The notes below the pieces were generated by a model. The model saw only the letters and a program-made list of their open reading frames with translations, had not been told where the DNA came from and ran no database searches. Below are positions 55,497 to 64,000 of a DNA stretch of 64,000 nt, one piece after another (within the stretch, counting starts at the first letter, position 1; the number at the start of each line of letters is the position of its first letter). The DNA comes from a virus (taxonomy: Duplodnaviria > Caudoviricetes), in IMG/VR virus record IMGVR_UViG_3300031784_000003; one strand, written 5' to 3'. Made by a program: the position numbers and the translations under genes.

Positions 55497-58397
55497 ATGC
55501 CAATAAATAAATTTACAACATTATTAGATCTTTCTAGACAAGCCAAAATATTGACAGGTGAAACTGCCACTTTTGATGGTAAAATATCTTCAGGAATACC
55601 ATTTAGCGGATACCCTACAGGCGTAGATACTGCAACAACAGTTTCTTTAGGTGTAATATCCACACAAACTGCAGTATTTAGTGGAGGGACAGGTACAACT
55701 GTGTTTGATGTTTCAAACATATATTCACCTTATTATAACCCTTCATTTGATGCATTTAGTGCAGATACTTGGTCAAACCCATTATTTTCGGCAAATACAT
55801 CAGGTTTAACTTTACCAATTACTATTTTACTTACAGGTCCAGATGTACAAATAGTTGGACCGTTTTGGACTTTAACACAAACGGGATATACTGGAGAATA
55901 TATTATCGGAACTCAATATACAGGTTATTCTGTCACATATTCTTTTAATAGCGTTACAACAATTTCTTCGACAGATACAATTAGTGGATTTACTACGGCA
56001 TCACAAGAGATTTTTTCTGCAGGAACTTTAGATTATAAAGGTCCGTTAGATTATTTATATACGTCAGAGGATGCAACCATAAAAGGTAGATTAACCACAA
56101 ATAAATTAACTATAGAGAATGGTGCTAGTTCAGCCACCACAAATTATCTATTAACACAAGTTGATGATAGTGGTAAAGCTGGGTGGGCATCTCCATCATC
56201 ATTACTTTCGGGAATAACTACATTGGATTATGTGTTAACAAATGGTAATACTACAGGATCTAATTGGATTGTAGTTGATAGTGGTTACGGATTAAATTCT
56301 CAAAGTAGTTCATTTTATTCTCAGGTTGGAGTTTCTCCAACAATCATAAATATATACACTGGTGATGATTTCGCAACCGCAAGTAAATGGTCTAGAATAA
56401 GTGCAGAATCATTTACACCAACACCAAGAGCTGACATAACAACAAATGATGGTGTTAGTCAAACTAATTTAGGGGTAACAAAAGATAATATACTCGTTCA
56501 AGGAGATGATCCTGGATTTAGTGGTATAGAATATTTTGCTGATTACTCAACAAACTATACAAACAGAAGTTTAGTAGATAAAGAATATGTTGATCTTAAT
56601 TCAGGTTCGGATTTTACTGGGGGTACGGTAACGGGTACAACAACATTTACAAATGGTTTAAGTGCAAATACAATATCTGCAACAACAATAGGGTCATCAG
56701 GTGATTGTGTGGATGACATTTATGTTTCAAACATTCATTCTTGTTCACCTTTAAATATAAACCCACTCGATGAAGGAAATATTTATTTTGGTTCTTCTAG
56801 TGGTATCACAATTGACTTAACAAACAAAAGAGTTGGTATTGGGACAAATAACCCTCAATACCCATTAGAAATTAGTGGGGCAACAAATGAGAGGTTTTAT
56901 TTTTCTCCATCATCCATCGCTCCTACAATATCATTAGTTTCAGACGTAACAAATCAATTAACTCAATTCGTGATAGGTCAAACAGTATCGAGCATTGGAG
57001 TATCAATGGGTGTAAGAGGTTCAACTGAACCAACATTTTCTACTTATGGAAAACAGGGTGATTCATTTATTAGGGCAGGAGACTTTTCAAATGGATTGAA
57101 TATCATAGAAGGTCCAAACGGAACTAAAGAAAATTATATTAGATTTTATGCTGGACAAACCGCAGATCCATCAAACATACCTGATATACATATTCAGGGG
57201 TCAGGGACAACAAGAGGTTATATAGGTGTACGAACCTATTCGCCAGAATATTTAATTGATGTTAATGGTAATAGTACCAGACTTCTTTTGGTAGATACCT
57301 ACACTGGTGCGGACGCACCCTTCAAAGGTTTTGTATTCTCTGGTAATAGTAATAACGTACCACAAATAGTTGTCTCAACTAGTAATATTAGTGGTGGTAA
57401 TGGGTTGGGTTTACAAATGGGTGTTTTGGGTAATAATATAACACCAACAAGTAGTACACAATTGCTTGGTACTTTGGGTGATACATATTTAAGTTCAAAC
57501 GCACAGACAAACAACTTTAATATCCTTAATAGAAATGGTGGTAGTGGTACTAACCACATAAGAATGTATGCTGGTGTGAATAGTGTTACTGCAGCACCAA
57601 ATTCAGATTTCCATATTCAAGGTGATGGGGTAACAAGAGGTTACATTGGTATAAATACAGATACTCCAATAGAAAGAATACACGTAGTTAGTACATTATC
57701 TAGTAAAATTAGATTAGATGCTGATATTAATAATACAGATGAAACCGCTACTGCTGAAATATTATTAACTCAAGATGGTTATGGTAGTACTGCAAATATT
57801 GGTATTTCTGCAGATGTTAATAATGATTTATTGATTGGTGTAAACTCTGGTGGTGGTACAACTCCAGATATTAGATTTAACACTCGTTCTGATGGTACAG
57901 TTTTTACTACGAGTGCCGACACAAAAATGATATTAAAAAATGATGGTAAATTAGGTATTAATACAGAAAACCCTTCTGAAATATTAGATGTTAGTGGTAA
58001 AACAAAAACTATAGAATTCCAAATGACATCTGGTGCAACCGCAGGATATGTTTTAACTTCAGACGCTAGTGGTAATGCTAGTTGGCAATCAGTTTCTGGT
58101 GGTACAGGTGGTGTTCCTGAGGCAACTACCGCAACTACAACCACAATAAATTTTACAGGACAAACTATATATTATAATGCAACTACACCAGGTACTGGTA
58201 ACATATCACAAAACTTAACTGGGGCTAAGTTAGGGTTAATCCAAAAAATATATCATAATGATGTGGCAGAACCTACCTACCCTGCTGGTTGGGTTTTAAT
58301 GGGTGATGCAATATACTTCACATCTACCTTAAATATAATATATGCTGAATGGGCTACTGGTTCTAGAGTAGAATATTGGTATGTTCAAGAACAATAA
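55497..58397 (+). CDS. Long tail fibre-like protein
   Basis: 966 aa, T/S/G-rich; G(I/V)(G/N)TxxP shaft repeats and a duplicated HIQG.G.TRGYIG module. Confidence 0.75.
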   Translation: MPINKFTTLLDLSRQAKILTGETATFDGKISSGIPFSGYPTGVDTATTVSLGVISTQTAVFSGGTGTTVFDVSNIYSPYYNPSFDAFSADTWSNPLFSANTSGLTLPITILLTGPDVQIVGPFWTLTQTGYTGEYIIGTQYTGYSVTYSFNSVTTISSTDTISGFTTASQEIFSAGTLDYKGPLDYLYTSEDATIKGRLTTNKLTIENGASSATTNYLLTQVDDSGKAGWASPSSLLSGITTLDYVLTNGNTTGSNWIVVDSGYGLNSQSSSFYSQVGVSPTIINIYTGDDFATASKWSRISAESFTPTPRADITTNDGVSQTNLGVTKDNILVQGDDPGFSGIEYFADYSTNYTNRSLVDKEYVDLNSGSDFTGGTVTGTTTFTNGLSANTISATTIGSSGDCVDDIYVSNIHSCSPLNINPLDEGNIYFGSSSGITIDLTNKRVGIGTNNPQYPLEISGATNERFYFSPSSIAPTISLVSDVTNQLTQFVIGQTVSSIGVSMGVRGSTEPTFSTYGKQGDSFIRAGDFSNGLNIIEGPNGTKENYIRFYAGQTADPSNIPDIHIQGSGTTRGYIGVRTYSPEYLIDVNGNSTRLLLVDTYTGADAPFKGFVFSGNSNNVPQIVVSTSNISGGNGLGLQMGVLGNNITPTSSTQLLGTLGDTYLSSNAQTNNFNILNRNGGSGTNHIRMYAGVNSVTAAPNSDFHIQGDGVTRGYIGINTDTPIERIHVVSTLSSKIRLDADINNTDETATAEILLTQDGYGSTANIGISADVNNDLLIGVNSGGGTTPDIRFNTRSDGTVFTTSADTKMILKNDGKLGINTENPSEILDVSGKTKTIEFQMTSGATAGYVLTSDASGNASWQSVSGGTGGVPEATTATTTTINFTGQTIYYNATTPGTGNISQNLTGAKLGLIQKIYHNDVAEPTYPAGWVLMGDAIYFTSTLNIIYAEWATGSRVEYWYVQEQ

Positions 58398-58403
58398 TTT
58401 TTT

Positions 58404-60542
58404 ATGAGAAACAATGTACAAAAATATTATCCTTTTGAAATAAAAGTAAATACGAATATTGCTGGGTCTAGTGGTATTGGTAAATTTAAATTGGGTGTTA
58501 CTTCTTCGTCTGTACCAAAATATAGGTATTATGTTGATTGGGGTGACGGTAATTTAAGTGCCTCCACATTATCAACACCGTTAACTCATACTTATTCATC
58601 AGTTGGTGTATATAACGTTAAAGTTTATGGTCGTTTTGATAGTATATTTTTTAATGGTGATTTAGATGGGCAAAAAGTTTTAGAAGTTATAAGTTGGGGA
58701 AATATTAAATGGAGATCATTTTCGTCAAGTTTTTTTGGTTGTCCTAATTTATCTGCCATGACATCCACACCACCCATTTTAGAAAAAATAAATACTATCC
58801 CTTATTTTAATCAAGTGTTTAAAGATGCATCAAACTTTAATTCAGATATAGGTTCATGGGATGTTTCGAAAATTATCACTACAGGAAGTATGTTTTGGAA
58901 CGCAGCAAGTTTTAACAACGGAGGATCTCCATCCATATCTGGTTGGTCAACATCTAATATTGCTTTTATGTCAAACATGTTTACCAATGCATCTTCATTT
59001 AATCAACCTATAGGTTCGTGGGATGTTTCTAACGTTGTTGATATGCAACAATTGTTTAATGGCGCATCTTCATTTAATCAACCTATTGGTTCGTGGGATG
59101 TTTCTAATGTTACTGATATGGTAGCTATGTTTAGTAATGCAACTACATTTAATCAACCTATAGGTTCATGGAATGTTTCTGGTGTTACAAATATGGGAGG
59201 TATGTTTGGTAATGCATTTGCATTTAATCAACCCATAGGTTCATGGAATGTTTCTAATGTTACTACTATGGTAGGTATGTTTAGTAATGCAACTACATTT
59301 AATCAACCTATTGGTTCATGGGATGTTTCTAATGTTACTAATATGGATGCTATGTTTGGTACCGCAACTGCATTTAATCAAAATATTAATTCATGGGATG
59401 TTTCTAATGTTACTACTATGTCTAATATGTTTGGTAATGCATTTGCATTTAATGAACCCATAGGTTCGTGGGATGTTTCTAATGTTACTACTATGTCAGG
59501 TATGTTTTTTGCCGCTATAACATTTAATCAACCTATAGGTTCGTGGAATGTATCAGGTGTTACTAATATGGGAGCTATGTTTAGTAATGCTTATGCATTT
59601 AATCAAAATATTAATTCATGGGATGTTTCTAATGTTACTAATACACAACAAATGTTTCAAGGTGCAACCGCATTTAATGAACCCATAGGTTCGTGGGATG
59701 TTTCTAATGTCACTAATATGTCTCTGATGTTTAATAGTGCTATAGTATTTAATCAAAATATTAATTCATGGGATGTTTCTAATGTTAATACTATGCAACA
59801 AATGTTTAATGATGCAACTACATTTAATCAACCTATAGGTTCGTGGAATGTATCAGGTGTTACTAATATGTCATATATGTTTGCTTCTGCAAATGCATTT
59901 AATCAAAATATTAATTCATGGGATGTTTCTAATGTTAGTTTTATGTCAAATATGTTTACGAATGCAATTACATTTAATCAACCTATTGGTTCATGGGATG
60001 TTTCTAATGTTACTACTATGGCATATATGTTTAGTAATGCGACCTCATTTAATCAACCTATAGGTTCATGGAATGTATCAGGTGTTACTAATATGGGTTT
60101 AATGTTTTATTCTGCACAATCATTTAATCAACCTATTGGTTCATGGGATGTTTCTAGTGTTACTAATATGCAATATATGTTTGCTGGTTCATTATTATTT
60201 AATCAACCTATAGGTTCGTGGAATGTATCAGGTGTTACTAATATGTCATACATGTTTGAAAATGCAACCTCATTTAATCAACCTATAGGTTCATGGGATG
60301 TTTCTAATGTTACTAATATGAGTAGTATGTTGAATATGTCTAATATTAGTGTTACCAATTATAATGATATTTTAACTGGATGGACAGGATGGAATGGAAT
60401 TACTGCAACTAAAACAGTTAAACCAAACGTAGTTTTTGGTGCACAAGGAAAAAATTATTCTGCAGGTAGTGCAGCCGCAGACGCAAGAAACTATTTAATA
60501 ACAGTTAAGGGGTGGACAATAACAGACGCTGGAGGAATATAA
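58404..60542 (+). CDS. BspA/DUF285 repeat surface protein with an N-terminal PKD-like domain
   Basis: YYVDWGDG...[14 protein letters not shown] followed by about 20 repeats of [25 protein letters not shown]. Confidence 0.88.
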   Translation: MRNNVQKYYPFEIKVNTNIAGSSGIGKFKLGVTSSSVPKYRYYVDWGDGNLSASTLSTPLTHTYSSVGVYNVKVYGRFDSIFFNGDLDGQKVLEVISWGNIKWRSFSSSFFGCPNLSAMTSTPPILEKINTIPYFNQVFKDASNFNSDIGSWDVSKIITTGSMFWNAASFNNGGSPSISGWSTSNIAFMSNMFTNASSFNQPIGSWDVSNVVDMQQLFNGASSFNQPIGSWDVSNVTDMVAMFSNATTFNQPIGSWNVSGVTNMGGMFGNAFAFNQPIGSWNVSNVTTMVGMFSNATTFNQPIGSWDVSNVTNMDAMFGTATAFNQNINSWDVSNVTTMSNMFGNAFAFNEPIGSWDVSNVTTMSGMFFAAITFNQPIGSWNVSGVTNMGAMFSNAYAFNQNINSWDVSNVTNTQQMFQGATAFNEPIGSWDVSNVTNMSLMFNSAIVFNQNINSWDVSNVNTMQQMFNDATTFNQPIGSWNVSGVTNMSYMFASANAFNQNINSWDVSNVSFMSNMFTNAITFNQPIGSWDVSNVTTMAYMFSNATSFNQPIGSWNVSGVTNMGLMFYSAQSFNQPIGSWDVSSVTNMQYMFAGSLLFNQPIGSWNVSGVTNMSYMFENATSFNQPIGSWDVSNVTNMSSMLNMSNISVTNYNDILTGWTGWNGITATKTVKPNVVFGAQGKNYSAGSAAADARNYLITVKGWTITDAGGI
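58998..60347 (+). repeat. 18 in-frame 75-bp repeats (25 aa each)
   Basis: Exact 75-bp period from TTTAATCAACCT at 58998 to the copy starting at 60273. Confidence 0.93.
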
Positions 60543-60543
60543 T

Positions 60544-60750
60544 ATGTTAGAAATTAAAAATCATACAGAAGAAATATGGTGGATTATTAGAAAAAATGAT
60601 AATTCAGTTATACATTATGGTGTAACACCTGTGGGAATGGTTACACAATCAGGGTTAGATTTATTAGAAACGTTTACTAATGAAGAAGAACGTGATAAAA
60701 AATTATTAGATTATGGTATTACGGCAACAACTACTAACGATAATATTTAA
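60544..60750 (+). CDS. Small protein, possible fibre accessory
   Basis: 68 aa, starts 1 nt after the BspA gene stop. Confidence 0.65.
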   Translation: MLEIKNHTEEIWWIIRKNDNSVIHYGVTPVGMVTQSGLDLLETFTNEEERDKKLLDYGITATTTNDNI

Positions 60751-60794
60751 AATATTACCACCTATTAATTAATCTATAGATATTTATTATTATA

Positions 60795-62459
60795 ATGAGT
60801 AATATATACCAACATAATTTTGACAATTGTATGAAAATGAGATTAAGTAACAGTGATTACTGGGACTTATTTTTGTGTTACGATTGCGTAGATGGACAAG
60901 ATAATGATGAAATTTTAAATGAATGTATTTTAATCGATATAGATATAAATAATACTAATTCATATTCAGGAAATACTTTATATAGTTTAACAACTTGGAC
61001 AGGTGCTACAATTAATGGTAGTGGTATTACATTAAATGATATTGGGCTAACAGGTATTGACAATGGTTTGATAACATATAATTGTAATACACCCACAAGT
61101 GGACAAACTTTTTTATCTGCTTTTACAGGATCAACCTTAGCATTAACTTCCGCAGACACTAGATTTTCTATGACTAGAGTTACTGGTTGTACTTACCAAT
61201 ATCCAATCACTATAGAGACGAGTAGTCCAAAAGGTAGACACGCAAACTTATGTGGAGGATTTTATCAGGGATTTTTTAAATTGTCAGATAGAACATATTT
61301 TAAAGAGATATCAGATAATAAATTTGTTTGGCCGTTAGAATGGTTTAGATGTCCACCAGTATGTAGTGGTGAAACAATAACAGACTGTTGTGGATCAGGT
61401 AATACTAATGGAAGTAGTTCATGTATTGACCCAAATAAGGCATATCAATGTTATTTAGATTTAAAACCTGTACCATACAATTATCAAATTTTACCTGATA
61501 GATTAGGTGGTTTAAATATACCTTGTTTAGACGGTTGGACTGCAACTTTTTGGTTGAATAAAAAATCAACAAGTTGTGCAGGTAATACATTAAATAATCT
61601 TAACCCTAACAATAAAGGATTTTTCTTTTATATGGGTACTAGATCAGAAAATAAATTTTGGAATCAATTTAGTGGTGAAACAGGTTATACAACCTCATCA
61701 GGATATCCCTTACCTCCACCTATAGAATCAAAACAAGTATTAAATGATAACCCATTTTTAGTTTATACACCTAAAGGATGTGGATGTTTTTCAGGTATTA
61801 CTACTGAAATTATTTCAGAAAAAGATAGAAATTTAGACATCATAGACAACGCATTAGGATTTAGAATTAAAGATGATGGTAGTATTGGTTTTAGGAGTGT
61901 TGTATCTACAGGAGTATGTTCCGCAGTTACTGCGACTACAATAGTGGATTGTCACGAACAATGCGGATGTTGTTCTACCGCAACTACGACTTCAACAACA
62001 GTGAGTACACAATATATAACAGGTGCATCTATAAATGAATGTTATAGTGAAACTAATTTAATTACACCTGATAAATGGACACATATTGCAATAAGGTTTA
62101 AACCTTATGAACAGTATAGTGGTTGTATATTAGAAACCTTACCTAAAAGAAAAGGTCAGTTAACTGTATATGTTGATGGGTACCTTAAATGGACTTTAGA
62201 AGACTTTGACGAATTTATATTTAAAGATTTAGATGAGTATAGAGAAAAACAACAAGGTGTTCCATTTACTTATAGTTGGGGTGGTGGTACACAAGGTTTG
62301 ATAGAAAGTAATACCGTTAATGGTCCTGATTTAAAAGATAAAAATTTATTTTTACAAAATAATTTTGCAGGATCTTTTGAGGGTAAAGTATCAACATTTA
62401 AATTATATGGATGTAGTTTAGATGTTACAACAATAAGGAAAGAAATCAGTAATGGTTAA
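60795..62459 (+). CDS. Cys-rich virion protein with a LamG/concanavalin-like C-terminal region
   Basis: About 25 Cys; WTHIAIRF...LTVYVDG...FEGKVSTFKLY pattern; ATATTTAT at 60780-60787. Confidence 0.65.
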   Translation: MSNIYQHNFDNCMKMRLSNSDYWDLFLCYDCVDGQDNDEILNECILIDIDINNTNSYSGNTLYSLTTWTGATINGSGITLNDIGLTGIDNGLITYNCNTPTSGQTFLSAFTGSTLALTSADTRFSMTRVTGCTYQYPITIETSSPKGRHANLCGGFYQGFFKLSDRTYFKEISDNKFVWPLEWFRCPPVCSGETITDCCGSGNTNGSSSCIDPNKAYQCYLDLKPVPYNYQILPDRLGGLNIPCLDGWTATFWLNKKSTSCAGNTLNNLNPNNKGFFFYMGTRSENKFWNQFSGETGYTTSSGYPLPPPIESKQVLNDNPFLVYTPKGCGCFSGITTEIISEKDRNLDIIDNALGFRIKDDGSIGFRSVVSTGVCSAVTATTIVDCHEQCGCCSTATTTSTTVSTQYITGASINECYSETNLITPDKWTHIAIRFKPYEQYSGCILETLPKRKGQLTVYVDGYLKWTLEDFDEFIFKDLDEYREKQQGVPFTYSWGGGTQGLIESNTVNGPDLKDKNLFLQNNFAGSFEGKVSTFKLYGCSLDVTTIRKEISNG

Positions 62460-62470
62460 TATTTATTAAT

Positions 62471-62839
62471 ATGGAATTTTTTATAAACAAAAATAGTACT
62501 TTACCTAAATTAAAAATGGAATTGGTAAATGATGGTAGAAATGATTTTCGTAAATTTTATGAAAAAATACAAAATGCTACAATTACATTTACTATGTATG
62601 ATGTTGAGACTAAAATTAAAAAGATATCTTGTTCTCAGGCAGAAATAGAAATGTCAGTTGCAAATGATTGTGAAAATACAGAAACACCTACTTATTATAT
62701 CACCTTTCAGTTCAGTGAAAGTCAAACTAGTAAGTCTGGTAGATATAACGGTTATTTTACTATTAATTTTTTAGATGGGACAGGAACATTAATTGCCCCT
62801 ATTAGGGATGAGTTATACATAAATGTTTTAGATAACTAA
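62471..62839 (+). CDS. BppU N-terminal-like baseplate/adaptor protein
   Basis: Ig-like 122 aa with YITFQFSESQTSKSGRYNGYFTINF; ATATTTAT at 62459-62466. Confidence 0.5.
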   Translation: MEFFINKNSTLPKLKMELVNDGRNDFRKFYEKIQNATITFTMYDVETKIKKISCSQAEIEMSVANDCENTETPTYYITFQFSESQTSKSGRYNGYFTINFLDGTGTLIAPIRDELYINVLDN

Positions 62840-62884
62840 CTATAAAAAATTAAATATATAATATTTATTAAAAAATATAAATAG

Positions 62885-64000
62885 ATGAGTAAGCAAAGAT
62901 TAACGGATAAAACATTGGCGAGTAGTGTAAGTTTAAATGACATTATACACATTGTTAAAACTAGTGATACGACACAAAATCCGTTAGGATCGTCATATAA
63001 GGCTACTGTATTACAATTTGCAAGTGTAATAGGTGGAGGAGGTATTTTTACTGGAGGTACAGTTAGTGGTCCAACTACTTTTGTAAACGGATTAACCGCC
63101 AACACAATATCAACAAATAGTTTAACTGTAAATGGTGTTACTATTACTAACATAGGTAATTTTATAACAGGTGCCACATATAATAACACAACAGGTGTTT
63201 TATCATTATTTAATACTTCAGGAGGAACTATCAATGTATCTGGTTTTACTACAGGTTCTGGAAGTAGTACATTTACAGGTGGTACAGTTACTGGACCGAC
63301 TATTTTCGTAAATGGATTAACTACTACTACAATATCCGCAACTACTGCGACTATTAACACTATATCCGCAACTACTGCGACTATTAACACTATATCCGCA
63401 ACTACTGCAACAATCAATACAATATCTGCAACTACTGCAACAATCAATACAATATCTGCAACTACTGCAACAATCAATACAATATCTGCAACTACTGCGA
63501 CTATTAACACTATATCCGCAACTACTGCAACAATCAATACAATATCTGCAACTACTGCAACAATCAATACAATATCTACAAATACTTTAACAGTAAATGG
63601 TGTTAGTGTTACTAATATAGGTAATTTTATCACTGGTGGTACATATAATAGTGGGACTGGTGTTTTATCACTTTTAAATACTACTGGTGGTACTGTTAAT
63701 ATAACAGGATTTAATACTGGAGGTGGAAGTACATTTACGGGTGGTACAGTTACTGGACCAACTAACTTTACAAATGGATTAACTGCCAACACAATAAGTA
63801 GTCCAACTATTTCTGCAACTTCATTATATATAAATGGTGTATTATTTAGTGGAGATAGTTATACGACAGGATTTACATATACTCCGACAACAAATACGTT
63901 TACGATTAAACGTAACAACAATCAACCTGATTTAACTGCGACAATCAACACAATGTCAGGTTTAACCGTTAACGGTAATATAACATATACTGGGCAATCA
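62885..64000 (+). CDS. Tail fibre-like protein (3'-truncated; absent from the ORF track)
   Basis: Translated by hand, open for 372 codons to the window end: MSKQRLTDKTLASSVSLND...FTGGTVSGPTTFVNGLTANTIS...; ATATTTAT at 62861-62868. Confidence 0.88.
   Translation, partial: MSKQRLTDKTLASSVSLNDIIHIVKTSDTTQNPLGSSYKATVLQFASVIGGGGIFTGGTVSGPTTFVNGLTANTISTNSLTVNGVTITNIGNFITGATYNNTTGVLSLFNTSGGTINVSGFTTGSGSSTFTGGTVTGPTIFVNGLTTTTISATTATINTISATTATINTISATTATINTISATTATINTISATTATINTISATTATINTISATTATINTISATTATINTISTNTLTVNGVSVTNIGNFITGGTYNSGTGVLSLLNTTGGTVNITGFNTGGGSTFTGGTVTGPTNFTNGLTANTISSPTISATSLYINGVLFSGDSYTTGFTYTPTTNTFTIKRNNNQPDLTATINTMSGLTVNGNITYTGQS
63329..63580 (+). repeat. 30-bp tandem array encoding (TISATTATIN)x8
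   Basis: Eight full 30-bp units plus a partial one, in two synonymous variants. Confidence 0.95.

Noticed and set aside
58998-60347. 75-bp repeats as a CRISPR array or DGR target
   Set aside because: The repeats are contiguous, in frame and lack spacers. No cas genes, reverse transcriptase or separate template repeat occur in the window, and the variation is not adenine-specific by eye.
778-61590. The many 60-170 aa opposite-strand or out-of-frame ORFs in the track (for example 4743-5060, 11982-12683, 15119-15607, 28586-29101)
   Set aside because: They lie inside well-supported genes, have shadow-like composition and no family motifs.
62836-63792. 318-aa minus-strand ORF with VVADIVLIVA repeats
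   Set aside because: It is the antisense shadow of the plus-strand fibre gene from 62885, which has a late motif upstream, matches the neighbours' orientation, and shows variation only at its own synonymous positions.
1-64000. Alternative genetic code (stop-codon reassignment)
   Set aside because: All conserved genes (terL, portal, capsid, gmd, fcl, dut, phoH) are full length in code 11. The only in-frame stop oddity is a single TAA at 9082.
1-64000. tRNA, rRNA or structured ncRNA genes, and mobile elements
   Set aside because: Intergenic gaps are short and AT-rich. I saw no cloverleaf, integrase or transposase; a tRNAscan-SE/Infernal run would be needed to exclude them formally.

Overview
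This window is a fragment of a large, strongly AT-rich, T4-like tailed phage, probably a big myovirus of a Bacteroidota host (A-rich ribosome-binding regions without Shine-Dalgarno, one TTTG-N20-TAnnTTTG promoter, a lipobox protein). Left to right: (i) a 5'-truncated thymidylate synthase and small genes; (ii) a plus-strand head module with a nucleotidyltransferase, probable internal head proteins, large terminase, portal, prohead protease, scaffold and major capsid protein (2059-18232); (iii) minus-strand baseplate-type genes and a gp55-like late sigma factor (19146-25386); (iv) a ~24 kb minus-strand glycan locus (25395-49639) with 16 glycosyltransferase genes, gmd/fcl, two further SDR enzymes, a split transketolase and two methyltransferases, interleaved with phoH, dut and degenerate HAD and HD proteins; (v) more probable head proteins (49987-55437); (vi) plus-strand fibre/adhesin genes, including a ~20-repeat BspA/DUF285 protein and a 3'-truncated fibre with a 30-bp tandem array that the ORF track missed. 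The most interesting signals are the phage glycan pathway (a Lewis-antigen-like fucosylation enzyme set plus a possible branched-sugar module), a recurring ATATTTAT motif upstream of late genes that may be the promoter of the phage sigma factor, and a shared (I/L)-x-E signature that may mark substrates of the prohead protease. All family calls come from motif recognition by eye; no database search was run.
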